Below the pieces are notes generated by a model. It had not been told where the DNA came from and ran no database searches. It saw nothing but the letters and a program-made list of their open reading frames with translations. Positions 17,404-26,221 of a stretch of 64,000 bases of DNA are shown one piece after another (position 1 is the first letter of the stretch; each line of letters starts with the position of its first letter). Position numbers and translations under genes: made by a program. Origin of the DNA: Patescibacteria group bacterium. Lineage in GTDB: Bacteria > Patescibacteriota > Patescibacteriia > Patescibacteriales > UBA12465. Location: positions 11,712 through 75,711 of the forward strand of contig JAVEZP010000003.1 in assembly GCA_034002925.1 (NCBI GenBank), written 5' to 3'.

Positions 17404-18567
17404 ATGAAAAATAAACTTGTTTCTTCGTTTTTGGGCGGATTCCTAGGAATACTGCTTAGTGGTTATGTTTATTATTTAAGTGATAAGCATTATTTTCTTC
17501 TGGTTCCCCTGGGAATTTTCTGTGGTAGTCTGGTAGGCTTCTTTTGGTTTAATTTCCGGGAAATAATGAGCAAAGCATTAGCTTTTTCTCAAAGTTTTTT
17601 GAAAAAAAAGCCAATAAAAATTTTAAAGCCATTTTTGCAACTTTTAGCTTGGATTTCTTCAATTAGAATTAGAGTTAAAGCGAAAGACTTCTTTAATTTT
17701 TTTATTATTATTTTTCAGGTATTAAGATCATTTATTCGGGCTATTCGGCTTCCGTTTAAAAAGGCGATTGATTGGATAAGATCGCATCCTATGAACTTTT
17801 ATCTTTTGCAAGAAATAATTGTTATATTGGTAGTGAGCTTAGGGTCACTAGTGTTTTTGATAAGACTTGATATTTTATCTGAAACAATGTCAGTACCGAG
17901 TTTAATTATTTGCCTTGCATTGTGCGGCGCAATAGCTGGACCTTCTATCTTAATTTTTGATAGGGGAGTAAGAACTTTCTATTCCGACTGGCAGTTTTAT
18001 AGTCGTTTTGGATTTTTGGGAGTAGTGCTAAAGTCTATAAGTAGATTCTTGTTTTTCGCTATTTCGACGTCAGTTATATTTACTGCTATTTTGGCTGGCA
18101 TAATGTTATTTGTGTTATATGGAATAGCATTACTACTCCTGACATTTTTATTTCTAGGTTTTACGAGTGTCTTTGTCTATGTTTTACGTTTAGCTAGTAA
18201 CCAGCGTGAATTAGCTTCTCTGATTATTACGATGATTGTAACTTTTATTAGTTATTATATATATCGTAATAGTTTTATAGAGGAGTTTATAATTTGGTTA
18301 GTAGCTTTTGGTACTGGCAGTGTTTCTTCGTTGGCTGTTTGGTTGGCGCTCAGTTTTGACAAGGGCTGGATAATTAATAGGCTTGAACAGGCTTACAGTT
18401 TTTTATCCAATGATGAGTCAGATATGGAAAAAATAGTTACTTACAGGCAGAGTTGGACGGGGGTTATGGTTTTTTCTCCAGGAAACTGGGTAATAAAAAA
18501 CATATATCAAAGAATGGTGAGCGTTGGTGAATATTTGGGTGACTTAGTGAATTTAAAAATGCGATAA
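17404..18567 (+). CDS. Hypothetical polytopic membrane protein
   Basis: At least 8 hydrophobic helices. No recognisable motif. ATG at 17404 (GTG at 17398 in the track). Confidence 0.55.
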   Translation: MKNKLVSSFLGGFLGILLSGYVYYLSDKHYFLLVPLGIFCGSLVGFFWFNFREIMSKALAFSQSFLKKKPIKILKPFLQLLAWISSIRIRVKAKDFFNFFIIIFQVLRSFIRAIRLPFKKAIDWIRSHPMNFYLLQEIIVILVVSLGSLVFLIRLDILSETMSVPSLIICLALCGAIAGPSILIFDRGVRTFYSDWQFYSRFGFLGVVLKSISRFLFFAISTSVIFTAILAGIMLFVLYGIALLLLTFLFLGFTSVFVYVLRLASNQRELASLIITMIVTFISYYIYRNSFIEEFIIWLVAFGTGSVSSLAVWLALSFDKGWIINRLEQAYSFLSNDESDMEKIVTYRQSWTGVMVFSPGNWVIKNIYQRMVSVGEYLGDLVNLKMR

Positions 18568-18591
18568 CGATTGCATTAACTTTTTTAAATA

Positions 18592-18621
18592 CCTCGAAGC
18601 TGAATGGTTTCGGGGTTTTTT
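18592..18621 (+). terminator. Rho-independent terminator
   Basis: CCTCGAA...TTCGGGG stem followed by T6. Confidence 0.55.
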
Positions 18622-18661
18622 ATTACCTCAGTTCTAGCACGGTCCACGACCCTAGACTTTT

Positions 18662-18690
18662 AAAAAACCAAGTTTGAAAACTTGGTTTTT
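18662..18690. terminator. Bidirectional terminator (serves dus on the - strand)
   Basis: AAAAAACCAAGTT-tgaa-AACTTGGTTTTT. Confidence 0.6.
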
Positions 18691-18707
18691 CTAATTTCAT
18701 CATTAAA

Positions 18708-19682
18708 TTATACTAACTCATCAGGAAAATCTTGTAAGGCTTTTTTAAAATCATCTAGAGTATTAATTTGTGACATTTTTTCTCTGTAGGCGGCAGCTCC
18801 GGGAAGACCTTTGATATACCATAGGAGTTGTTTTTTAAATTCAGGTAGACCTAATTCTCCTTTTTTATTGTATACCAGTTCAAGGTGTTCTAAAGCAATG
18901 GCTTTTTTTTCTGTCCAAGTTTTGGCTGTATATTTTCCAGTTTTAAGGTAATCTTTTATTTCTTGAAAAATCCAAGGTCGACCATAGACGCCATGACCGA
19001 TACCGATACCGTCTGCTTGGCTTATTTCTAAGGCTTCTTTGGCTTTTTCTGGCTCATAGATACCACCGTTAGCTAAAACAACACCTTTAAATTTTTCTTT
19101 TACTTTTCTTATATAATCATAGTCAACCTCTTCAATCCAAGGAGCTTCAAAAGAACGACCGTGAATCATCACAGCAGCAATAGGCAGATCTTTGACGTAT
19201 TCTAATAAATCAAGACTAGTTTGAATACTCCCATCTGGCATTTTAATACTAGTTCTGGTTTTAATTGAAACTGGCAAAGTCCCAGCTCCTTCAATGGTTT
19301 TTTCAATAATTTTTCTTGCTAAAGGTAGATTTCGTAATAGCGCTACACCGCTATCATTACCCGCTATTTTTTTAGCCGGACAGCCAAAGTTAATATCAAT
19401 GCCACTAGCCCCTAATTCTTTGGCAATTTGAGCTGATTCTTTAAAATATTCTGGCTCCTTACCCCCTAATTGAATAATGACTGGTTGTTCCTCTTTTTCA
19501 ACAGTCGCTAAACGCAAGGCGCTGGGATTCTTGCGGACTAAAGATTGGACCATGATCATTTCGGTGTATACCAAATCAGCCCCCAGTTTTTTACACATTA
19601 AACGAAAGGGCAGATCGGTCACGCCGCACATTGGCGCTAAAGCTAATATTGGTTTGTTTAATTCTTCCCAAAAGTTTTTCAT
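18708..19682 (-). CDS. dus: tRNA-dihydrouridine synthase
   Basis: LAPMCGVTDLPFR, IDINFGCP and GRPWIF blocks of the Dus family. Confidence 0.85.
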   Translation of the reverse strand: MKNFWEELNKPILALAPMCGVTDLPFRLMCKKLGADLVYTEMIMVQSLVRKNPSALRLATVEKEEQPVIIQLGGKEPEYFKESAQIAKELGASGIDINFGCPAKKIAGNDSGVALLRNLPLARKIIEKTIEGAGTLPVSIKTRTSIKMPDGSIQTSLDLLEYVKDLPIAAVMIHGRSFEAPWIEEVDYDYIRKVKEKFKGVVLANGGIYEPEKAKEALEISQADGIGIGHGVYGRPWIFQEIKDYLKTGKYTAKTWTEKKAIALEHLELVYNKKGELGLPEFKKQLLWYIKGLPGAAAYREKMSQINTLDDFKKALQDFPDELV

Positions 19683-19748
19683 AGCTAGTAATATTTATCT
19701 TCTCATAGGATATGGTTTTCTGTATTTTTTGTCAAAAATTATGCTTTC

Positions 19749-19774
19749 AAAAAACAAGCTTGAAGCTTGTTTTA
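19749..19774 (-). terminator. Rho-independent terminator of the IMPDH-family gene
   Basis: ACAAGCT-tga-AGCTTGT stem. A T-run follows on the - strand. Confidence 0.5.
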
Positions 19775-19796
19775 GGGATAATGTGTTGTTTAGAAA

Positions 19797-20840
19797 TTAT
19801 ATTTCTTTAAGTCCATGAGCCTGACTTTCGTGGTAACCAGCACTGCTAATTTCAATAAAATCGGCTTTGCCTTTTAATTTTTCAATAGTATCAGCCCCCA
19901 CATAAGTCATACCTGAGGCTAAGCCACCTAAGAGGCTATTGATAATGGGAGCAACTTGTCCTTTATACTTAACTTTTGTCATTTCACCTTCAACGTGCAC
20001 TACTTCTTCTACTTTAGAGCCATCAAGAGCCATTTTTTTAACAGTTGCGAGATAACTAGCCATCCCTCTATATTCTTTATATTTATTACCATCTATTTCA
20101 ATTAATTTACCAGGGCTTTCATCAGTTCCAGAAAAGAGGGAGCCAGACATAATGCAATCTGCTCCAGCGCCAATCGCTTTAACAATATCGCCAGAATTTT
20201 TCAAACCACCATCAGCACAGAGTGGCACTCTTCCTTGACTAGCTTCATAGACATCCATGATAGCAGTTAGTTGGGGCACACCAGCTCCAGCCATGATGCG
20301 AGTAGTACACATTGAACCGGGTCCAATACCAATTTTAATAGCGTCCGCTTGTTTGGAGATGAAGTATTCAGCTGCATCTTTGGTAGCTACATTGCCCACC
20401 ATGACATCAAACTGAGGGTATTTTTCTTTAATATAGTCTAAAGTTTTGCCCACTCTTTTAGAATGACCATGGGCGACATCAAGGACTAAAATTTCTACCC
20501 CGGTCTTAGCTAAAGCAGCTATTCTTTCTTCATAATCTTTAATGCCAATCGCTGCAGCAGTGAGTAGTTTTTGTTCTTTGACTTTAATTATTTCTTTTAC
20601 TTGATCTTCAATGTTTAAAAAACGATGGATAACACCTAGGCCTCCTAGGCGACCTAAAGCAATCGCCATTTCACTTTCACAGACTGTATCCATATTAGCG
20701 GCAATAATGGGAATATCTAAGCGATAGCGTTTGGTGACTTGTGTTTGAAAACTAACATTTCTGCGTGAAGAGATGCGATTGTATTTAGGCACTATGAGAA
20801 CATCATCGAAAGAATATCCTCGGCCAATTATTCTAGCCAT
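19797..20840 (-). CDS. IMP dehydrogenase family protein lacking the CBS (Bateman) subdomain
   Basis: IPIIAANMDTV, GGLGVIHRF, LDVAHGHS, GNVAT, GIGPGSMCTTR (catalytic Cys loop), ADGGL..SGDIVKA, YRGMAS. At 347 aa there is no room for a CBS pair. GMP reductase not excluded. Confidence 0.75.
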   Translation of the reverse strand: MARIIGRGYSFDDVLIVPKYNRISSRRNVSFQTQVTKRYRLDIPIIAANMDTVCESEMAIALGRLGGLGVIHRFLNIEDQVKEIIKVKEQKLLTAAAIGIKDYEERIAALAKTGVEILVLDVAHGHSKRVGKTLDYIKEKYPQFDVMVGNVATKDAAEYFISKQADAIKIGIGPGSMCTTRIMAGAGVPQLTAIMDVYEASQGRVPLCADGGLKNSGDIVKAIGAGADCIMSGSLFSGTDESPGKLIEIDGNKYKEYRGMASYLATVKKMALDGSKVEEVVHVEGEMTKVKYKGQVAPIINSLLGGLASGMTYVGADTIEKLKGKADFIEISSAGYHESQAHGLKEI

Positions 20841-20946
20841 ATATTTTTAATTAATTAAAACACCTTTTCTATTATGCTCTTTTCTTGAAGGGAAGTAAAG
20901 TCCAACTCTTTTCCTATCTTTAGCTTTTTATACTATAATAGAGCAT

Positions 20947-22257
20947 ATGACTCAAAAAGATGCACTAAAAATAATGAACGCCGGTTATAATGTTTTATTA
21001 ACTGGGGCAGCTGGTAGTGGTAAAACCTATCTTCTAAATCGTTTTATCGCTCAAGCTAAAGAACGAGGCTTAGGCGTTGCCATTACGGCTTCAACTGGGA
21101 TTGCGGCTACGCATTTAGGCGGACGGACTATTCATTCTTGGGCCGGAATTGGCATTAAAGAAAGTTTAACTAAAAAAGATTTACAGAAAATTAGCAAACG
21201 TTCTTATTTAAAAAAACAATTTGAAGGGACAGATATTTTAATTATTGATGAAATTTCCATGTTGTCAGCTGAACATTTAGATATGGTTAATTTGGTGTGT
21301 CAAAGTTTGAAAAAAAATACTTTAGCTTTTGGTGGTTTGCAAATTATTCTCTCTGGTGATTTTTTTCAACTTCAGCCTATTGCAGCAGCTGAAAGCAAGG
21401 CTCGTTTTGTTTACTATTCTCAGGTTTGGCCAGAAATGGATTTGCGCGTTTGTTATCTTGAAGAGCAACATCGTCAAAATGATGCTGATTTAGATTTTGT
21501 TTTAAATGCTTTAAGAGAAGCACAAGCTGATTGTAAAGTAAAAGAAATATTAGGGCAAAGATTAATTAAAGAGGAAAATTCTCAAGCAACTGCTCTGCGT
21601 TTATATACTCATAATCTTGATGTTGATCGAATAAATCATTTAGAATTAGCTAAAATTAAAGATGAGGAAGAGAAGTATTATATGATAGGTAGTGGCCAAG
21701 AAAAGCTAGTAGCCGCTCTTAAGAAGAATTGTTTAGCACCTGAAGTCTTAACTTTAAAAAGAGGAGCTAGAGTAATGTTTGTGAAGAACAAATTTAAAGA
21801 GAGCAAAACTATTTATGTTAATGGCCAAAGTGGAGTGGTAGTTAGTTTTGATGAAAATCGTTGGCCGGTAGTGCGTTGTAGTAATGGTGATTTAATTACC
21901 GTTACTCCAGAAGCGTGGACAATTGATGATGAAGAACAACACATTTTAGCCCAGATTAGTCAGATTCCTTTACGCTTGGCTTGGGCAATTACTGTTCATA
22001 AAAGTCAGGGCATGACTCTGGAATCTGCTACGATTGATTTGAGTCGAGCTTTTGCTTGTGGTATGGCTTACGTAGCCCTGTCTCGGTTGCGCAGTCTAGA
22101 GGGTTTATTTCTTTTAGGCATTAGTGAAAGTGCCTATCAAGTTGACCAAGAGGTATTGGCCTATGACAAAGAACTGAAAAAGTTATCAGCAATAGCCAAA
22201 AATATGAAAATAAAATTTTCTGGTCGTCGACAAGATGCTTTGTTTAAGATTTGTTAG
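20947..22257 (+). CDS. PIF1/RecD-like ATP-dependent DNA helicase
   Basis: LLTGAAGSGKTYL (Walker A), LIIDEISML, LSGDFFQLQPI, AITVHKSQGMT, YVALSR. Confidence 0.8.
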   Translation: MTQKDALKIMNAGYNVLLTGAAGSGKTYLLNRFIAQAKERGLGVAITASTGIAATHLGGRTIHSWAGIGIKESLTKKDLQKISKRSYLKKQFEGTDILIIDEISMLSAEHLDMVNLVCQSLKKNTLAFGGLQIILSGDFFQLQPIAAAESKARFVYYSQVWPEMDLRVCYLEEQHRQNDADLDFVLNALREAQADCKVKEILGQRLIKEENSQATALRLYTHNLDVDRINHLELAKIKDEEEKYYMIGSGQEKLVAALKKNCLAPEVLTLKRGARVMFVKNKFKESKTIYVNGQSGVVVSFDENRWPVVRCSNGDLITVTPEAWTIDDEEQHILAQISQIPLRLAWAITVHKSQGMTLESATIDLSRAFACGMAYVALSRLRSLEGLFLLGISESAYQVDQEVLAYDKELKKLSAIAKNMKIKFSGRRQDALFKIC

Positions 22258-22277
22258 TTTTTTGCTATAATATAATT

Positions 22278-23189
22278 ATGAAATTGATTGATAAATTACA
22301 AAAGATTTTTAATACCCCACTTTTCCCTAATAGTTTCAAGGCTTCTATTTGGCGTCCAATGGCTTGGCCTTGGTTGAAAATTGGACGTTTCTTTTTTGGA
22401 ATGATTGTGCTTTTAGCTGCCTTAATTGTGATCAACGATGAAATGATTTATCGCTTTGATACTGATTTATTGTCTGATGATATTTTAAGCGCTGACTATG
22501 AAGAATATGCTACCTGCAATGTCACTGGTTTAGAGTTGCGTGGAGATTTACATTCTTATTATGACGATGACGAGACACTAATCATTAGTTCTGAAGATTT
22601 AATCTATTCTTTACGTGAATTAGCAAGTGATGAGACGGTAAAGGCGGTATTGTTAGAAGTTGATTCTTATGGCGGTTATCCGGTGGCAGCTGAAGAAGCC
22701 TATCAAGCAATTTTAAATTTTGATAAACCAATAATAGCTTTAGTTCGTAATGCAGCCACCTCGGCTGCCTATTGGGCAATTAGTGGTGCTGATTATATTG
22801 TGGCCTCACCTTTATCAGATATTGGTGCGATTGGCGTCACTTTCTCTTATCTTGATCGCGCTAAACAAAATGAACAAGAAGGATTAACTTATAATTCTTT
22901 AAGTACGGGGCAGTATAAAGATTACGGTGATCCCGATAAAGAGTTAACTAGCGCTGAGAGAGATCTAATTATGCGTGATTTACAAATAGTTCATGACGCC
23001 TTTGTGCAGTCAGTGGCTGATAGTCGTCAATTAAATTTAGAGACAGTTAAAATATTAGCGGACGGATCGTCTTTACCAGGGGCTTTAGCTTTAGAGGCTG
23101 GCTTGGTGGATGCTTTAGGGGGAATTAATGAAGCAGAAGACTATCTTACAGAAATCTTAGGAGAAAAAGCAGAAGTGTGTTGGGAATAA
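22278..23189 (+). CDS. sppA: Signal peptide peptidase SppA (S49, 36K type)
   Basis: N-terminal TM, then VDSYGGYPVAAEE and ATSAAYWAISGADYIVASPLSDIGAIGV. ATG at 22278 lies 6 nt after TGCTATAAT. Confidence 0.8.
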   Translation: MKLIDKLQKIFNTPLFPNSFKASIWRPMAWPWLKIGRFFFGMIVLLAALIVINDEMIYRFDTDLLSDDILSADYEEYATCNVTGLELRGDLHSYYDDDETLIISSEDLIYSLRELASDETVKAVLLEVDSYGGYPVAAEEAYQAILNFDKPIIALVRNAATSAAYWAISGADYIVASPLSDIGAIGVTFSYLDRAKQNEQEGLTYNSLSTGQYKDYGDPDKELTSAERDLIMRDLQIVHDAFVQSVADSRQLNLETVKILADGSSLPGALALEAGLVDALGGINEAEDYLTEILGEKAEVCWE

Positions 23190-23200
23190 TTATATAATTT

Positions 23201-23941
23201 ATGAAAACTAATCAAAAAACAGTCTTAGTGACTGGCGCCGCTCGAGGCATTGGACAAGCTATTGCTTTGCAATTTGCTCAAGCAGGGCACAGGATATTAT
23301 TTTGTGATTTAAAAAAACAAGATTGTGTTGAAACTTTAGCTTTATTGCAAAAACAAGGGGTGGAAGCGAGAGCTTTTGCTTGTGATGTTTCTAATAAGAA
23401 GCAAGTTGATCGTTTGTTGCGACAAATCCAAAAAGAGTATAAACACATTGATATCTTAGTGAATAATGCTGGTATTTTTCCTTTTCAGTCTTTTCTAAAA
23501 ATGACTGAGAAAGAATGGGACAGGGTGATAGATGTTAATTTAAAATCGGCTTTTTTAGTGACTCAAGCATCTTTAAAATTAATGAAATCAGGTTCTAAAA
23601 TTGTTTTCATTTCCTCTATCGCTGCTTTCGTCTCATTTGTTGGTTTAAGCCATTATAGTGCTTCCAAAGGAGCTTTAGGGGCGCTAGTGCGTGCTTTAGC
23701 TTTGGAATTGGCACCTCTAAAAATTAATGTTAATGCAGTAGCACCAGGAGCAATTGATACTCCTGGGGCCACTGGTAAGCAGAGCGCTGCTCAAAAAAAG
23801 AAAAGCGCCAAAGCAATTGCTTGGGGTCGCTTTGGTAAAGCGGAAGAGATTGCTTCAGCAGTTTCTTTTCTAAGCTCAGAACAAGCTGAGTATATTACTG
23901 GTCAAACTCTAGTAGTTGATGGTGGTTATACTTTAGTATAA
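23201..23941 (+). CDS. Short-chain dehydrogenase/reductase (FabG-like)
   Basis: TGAARGIGQAIA, NNAG and YSASKGAL catalytic motif. Confidence 0.8.
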   Translation: MKTNQKTVLVTGAARGIGQAIALQFAQAGHRILFCDLKKQDCVETLALLQKQGVEARAFACDVSNKKQVDRLLRQIQKEYKHIDILVNNAGIFPFQSFLKMTEKEWDRVIDVNLKSAFLVTQASLKLMKSGSKIVFISSIAAFVSFVGLSHYSASKGALGALVRALALELAPLKINVNAVAPGAIDTPGATGKQSAAQKKKSAKAIAWGRFGKAEEIASAVSFLSSEQAEYITGQTLVVDGGYTLV

Positions 23942-23972
23942 GTTTATAAATATTAATACATTTATTCAAAAG

Positions 23973-24000
23973 AAAAGCGAGTGCAGAGCGCTCGCTTTTG
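23973..24000. terminator. Bidirectional terminator
   Basis: AAAAGCGAG-9 nt-CTCGCTTTT between convergent genes. Confidence 0.55.
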
Positions 24001-24004
24001 GTTT

Positions 24005-24193
24005 TTAAAAATAGAATTCTTTGGGACTTTCCATCTCTTCGCCGTTTAACATCCTAAAACCAACTATTAATTTATCCTCATCATATAAATCGATAAATTC
24101 ATCAGTGGCTAAAGGCAAATCTTTTTTATGCTTTAGCTTTTTTAGTGATTGAGGATCTGGTTTTAGGCTTAACTTCTTGTTTTTCATTGTCAA
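24005..24193 (-). CDS. Small hypothetical protein (62 aa)
   Basis: Only an ORF with a downstream terminator. No family recognised. Confidence 0.3.
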   Translation of the reverse strand: MTMKNKKLSLKPDPQSLKKLKHKKDLPLATDEFIDLYDEDKLIVGFRMLNGEEMESPKEFYF

Positions 24194-24333
24194 AGGATTC
24201 TTTTTTGTACCTCATGAAGAGGTATTAGCTAAATTATAATCTAGCTTTTATTAATTTATTATGTTATTAATTATTTGTCAATCTAATTAAAATTTTTAAT
24301 TATTTTTTTGTGATTGTTTTAAAATAATAATTT

Positions 24334-25614
24334 ATGAAACTTTTAAGATTAAAAAACAAAGAAGCTTTAGCGGTGGGAGCAATTATTGTAGCTGCTTTAT
24401 TGTGGAGCTTAGATGGTTTATTTTTAAGACCTAAGTTTTATGTACTCTCTGCACCTTTATTGGTTTTCTGGGAGCACTGCTTAGGCCTGATAGTTCTTAG
24501 TCCTTTTTTGTATATTTATCGTAAGCAGATTTTAACTTTACGAAAAAAAAGTTGGGCTGCTTTATTTTGGGTTAGCGTCTTTGGTGGCTTGATTGGAACA
24601 ATCATGATTACAAAAGCTTTCTTTGCTGCTTTTGCTGGAGAAGCGAGTTTTGCCACGGTCGTTATTTTACAGAAATTACAACCAATTTTTGCTTTATTAA
24701 TGGCAAGATTAATTTTAAAAGAAAAGTTGAGTAAAGAATTTTATTTTTGGGCTTTATTAGCTATTTTAGCTAGTTATGTCTTAGCCTTTGCGCAAAATGG
24801 TTTTAATTTTATAGATTTTAATTGGCAAGAAAATGCTGCTTTATTTGCTTTTTTAGCGGCTTTTGCTTTTGGTTCTTCAACGGTATTTGGAAAAAGGTTG
24901 GCTAATCATTTAGATTATAAAGCGGTAGCTGCTTTGCGTTTTGGTTTGACCTCTGTTTTAGCTTTTATTCTGGTATTATTTAATGGCGATATATTGTTAA
25001 GCCAAGAAATTAGTTCTCTGCAATGGCAGTTTCTATTACTAATTGTTGTCAGTAGTGGTGCTGGGGCTTTGTTTTTATACTATTTTGGTTTACGTCGAGT
25101 GAGCGCGTCAGCTGCAACCTTATTGGAACTTTTTTGGCCTTTTTCGGCTCTAATTTTAGATTATATTTTCAATGGCAATTATTTAAATTATGTTCAAATT
25201 ATTGCTTTGGGCTTTTTGTTGATAGCTTTCTTTCGCATTTCTTTCATTAGCAAGGCTAAACCTTTGTCTTTTGAGGCTCGGGTTATTACTGGTCAAGGGA
25301 AGGGCAAATCTCTGGGTTATCCGACGGCTAATTTAGATAAAGATGCGCTTGATATGCCTCATGGAGTCTATGCGGTGCAAGTTTTTATAGATAGGCAAAA
25401 GTATTACGGCTTATTGCATTTTGGTTTTAAAGATGTCTTTAAAGCAGATGTTTCGGCGGAGATTTTAATTAAAGATTTTGAAGCTGATATTTATAATCAG
25501 ACAATTAAAGTGCAGATTTTAGAGAAAGTGCGAGAAGTACGAGCTTTTAATAATATAGATGAGTTAAAATTAGCTATTGAGAATGATTTATTGTTTTTAA
25601 AAAAATATGTTTAA
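24334..25614 (+). CDS. Fusion protein: EamA/DMT-family 10-TM permease (N) + riboflavin kinase domain (C)
   Basis: About 300 aa of paired EamA-like helices. Then from about nt 25261: VITGQGKGKSLGYPTANL, HGVYAV, AEILIKDFEADIYNQTIKVQILEKVREVRAF..DELKLAIENDL, the RFK (RibF C-terminal domain) signature. Confidence 0.75.
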   Translation: MKLLRLKNKEALAVGAIIVAALLWSLDGLFLRPKFYVLSAPLLVFWEHCLGLIVLSPFLYIYRKQILTLRKKSWAALFWVSVFGGLIGTIMITKAFFAAFAGEASFATVVILQKLQPIFALLMARLILKEKLSKEFYFWALLAILASYVLAFAQNGFNFIDFNWQENAALFAFLAAFAFGSSTVFGKRLANHLDYKAVAALRFGLTSVLAFILVLFNGDILLSQEISSLQWQFLLLIVVSSGAGALFLYYFGLRRVSASAATLLELFWPFSALILDYIFNGNYLNYVQIIALGFLLIAFFRISFISKAKPLSFEARVITGQGKGKSLGYPTANLDKDALDMPHGVYAVQVFIDRQKYYGLLHFGFKDVFKADVSAEILIKDFEADIYNQTIKVQILEKVREVRAFNNIDELKLAIENDLLFLKKYV

Positions 25615-25721
25615 CTTATTGCTATTTTTCTAAAAATATGATAAATTATTATTAGTTGTTTTCATAATGATTGGTTTAGTTAATGAATGAATTGGTTGAT
25701 GTCTTGTGTCTCCCGACACTT

Positions 25722-25754
25722 GGGGCTGTTTTTTAAATAACGGCCCCTTTTTTT
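25722..25754 (+). terminator. Rho-independent terminator
   Basis: GGGGCTGTT-8 nt-AACGGCCCC followed by T7. Confidence 0.6.
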
Positions 25755-25760
25755 ATGGCC

Positions 25761-25789
25761 TTGATTTTTTTTAAATCTTTAACTATAAT
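25761..25789 (+). promoter_or_regulatory. Candidate promoter of the Rrf2-suf operon
   Basis: TTGATT, 17-nt spacer, TATAAT (25784-25789). Lies 26 nt upstream of the Rrf2 ATG. Confidence 0.5.
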
Positions 25790-25815
25790 CAATTTACTTA
25801 TAGTTTAATTAACTT

Positions 25816-26220
25816 ATGTTTCAAATTAGTGCAAAAACAGACTATGGTTTGCTAATTATGCTTACTTTAGCGCGTCAAGCTGGTCAGATTGTTCCGCTCT
25901 CTCCTTTGGCTAAGCATTTAGGGGTGTCTTCTTCATATTTAAGCCAAATTGCTAAAGAGCTAAGTAAAGCTCATTTAATTAAAAGCAAAGAAGGGGTAGG
26001 CGGAGGCTATTATTTAGCTCATTCAGCTAAACAAATTAGAATTTTAGATATTTTAGAAGCGCTATCGGGAAAAATGAAAGTTCGTTGCGCTCATGGTGAA
26101 GCTAAGGTTTGTCCTCATTTTAGGCAATGCGGCTTAAAAAGTGCTTGGCCTATTCTCTTAGATGATATTAAAAGCAGTTTAGCCAAACGTAATTTAGCTT
26201 CTTTATTAGATAATAAATAA
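25816..26220 (+). CDS. Rrf2 family transcriptional regulator (IscR/SufR-like, 3-Cys cluster site)
   Basis: N-terminal wHTH (DYGLLIMLTLAR..SSSYLSQIAKELSKAHLIKSKEGVGGGY). CAHGEAKVCPHFRQCG Cys triad. First gene of the suf operon. Confidence 0.8.
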   Translation: MFQISAKTDYGLLIMLTLARQAGQIVPLSPLAKHLGVSSSYLSQIAKELSKAHLIKSKEGVGGGYYLAHSAKQIRILDILEALSGKMKVRCAHGEAKVCPHFRQCGLKSAWPILLDDIKSSLAKRNLASLLDNK

Positions 26221-26221
26221 T

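Noticed and set aside
19477-19818. 113-aa + strand ORF across the dus / IMPDH-family junction
   Set aside because: Antisense to two conserved enzymes, and it crosses their intergenic terminator.
25706-25719. GTGTC-tccc-GACAC hairpin in the 200-nt gap before the suf operon; considered as a riboswitch or sRNA
   Set aside because: Short 5-bp stem directly followed by the ribF-fusion terminator. No extended conserved structure that I can recognise.
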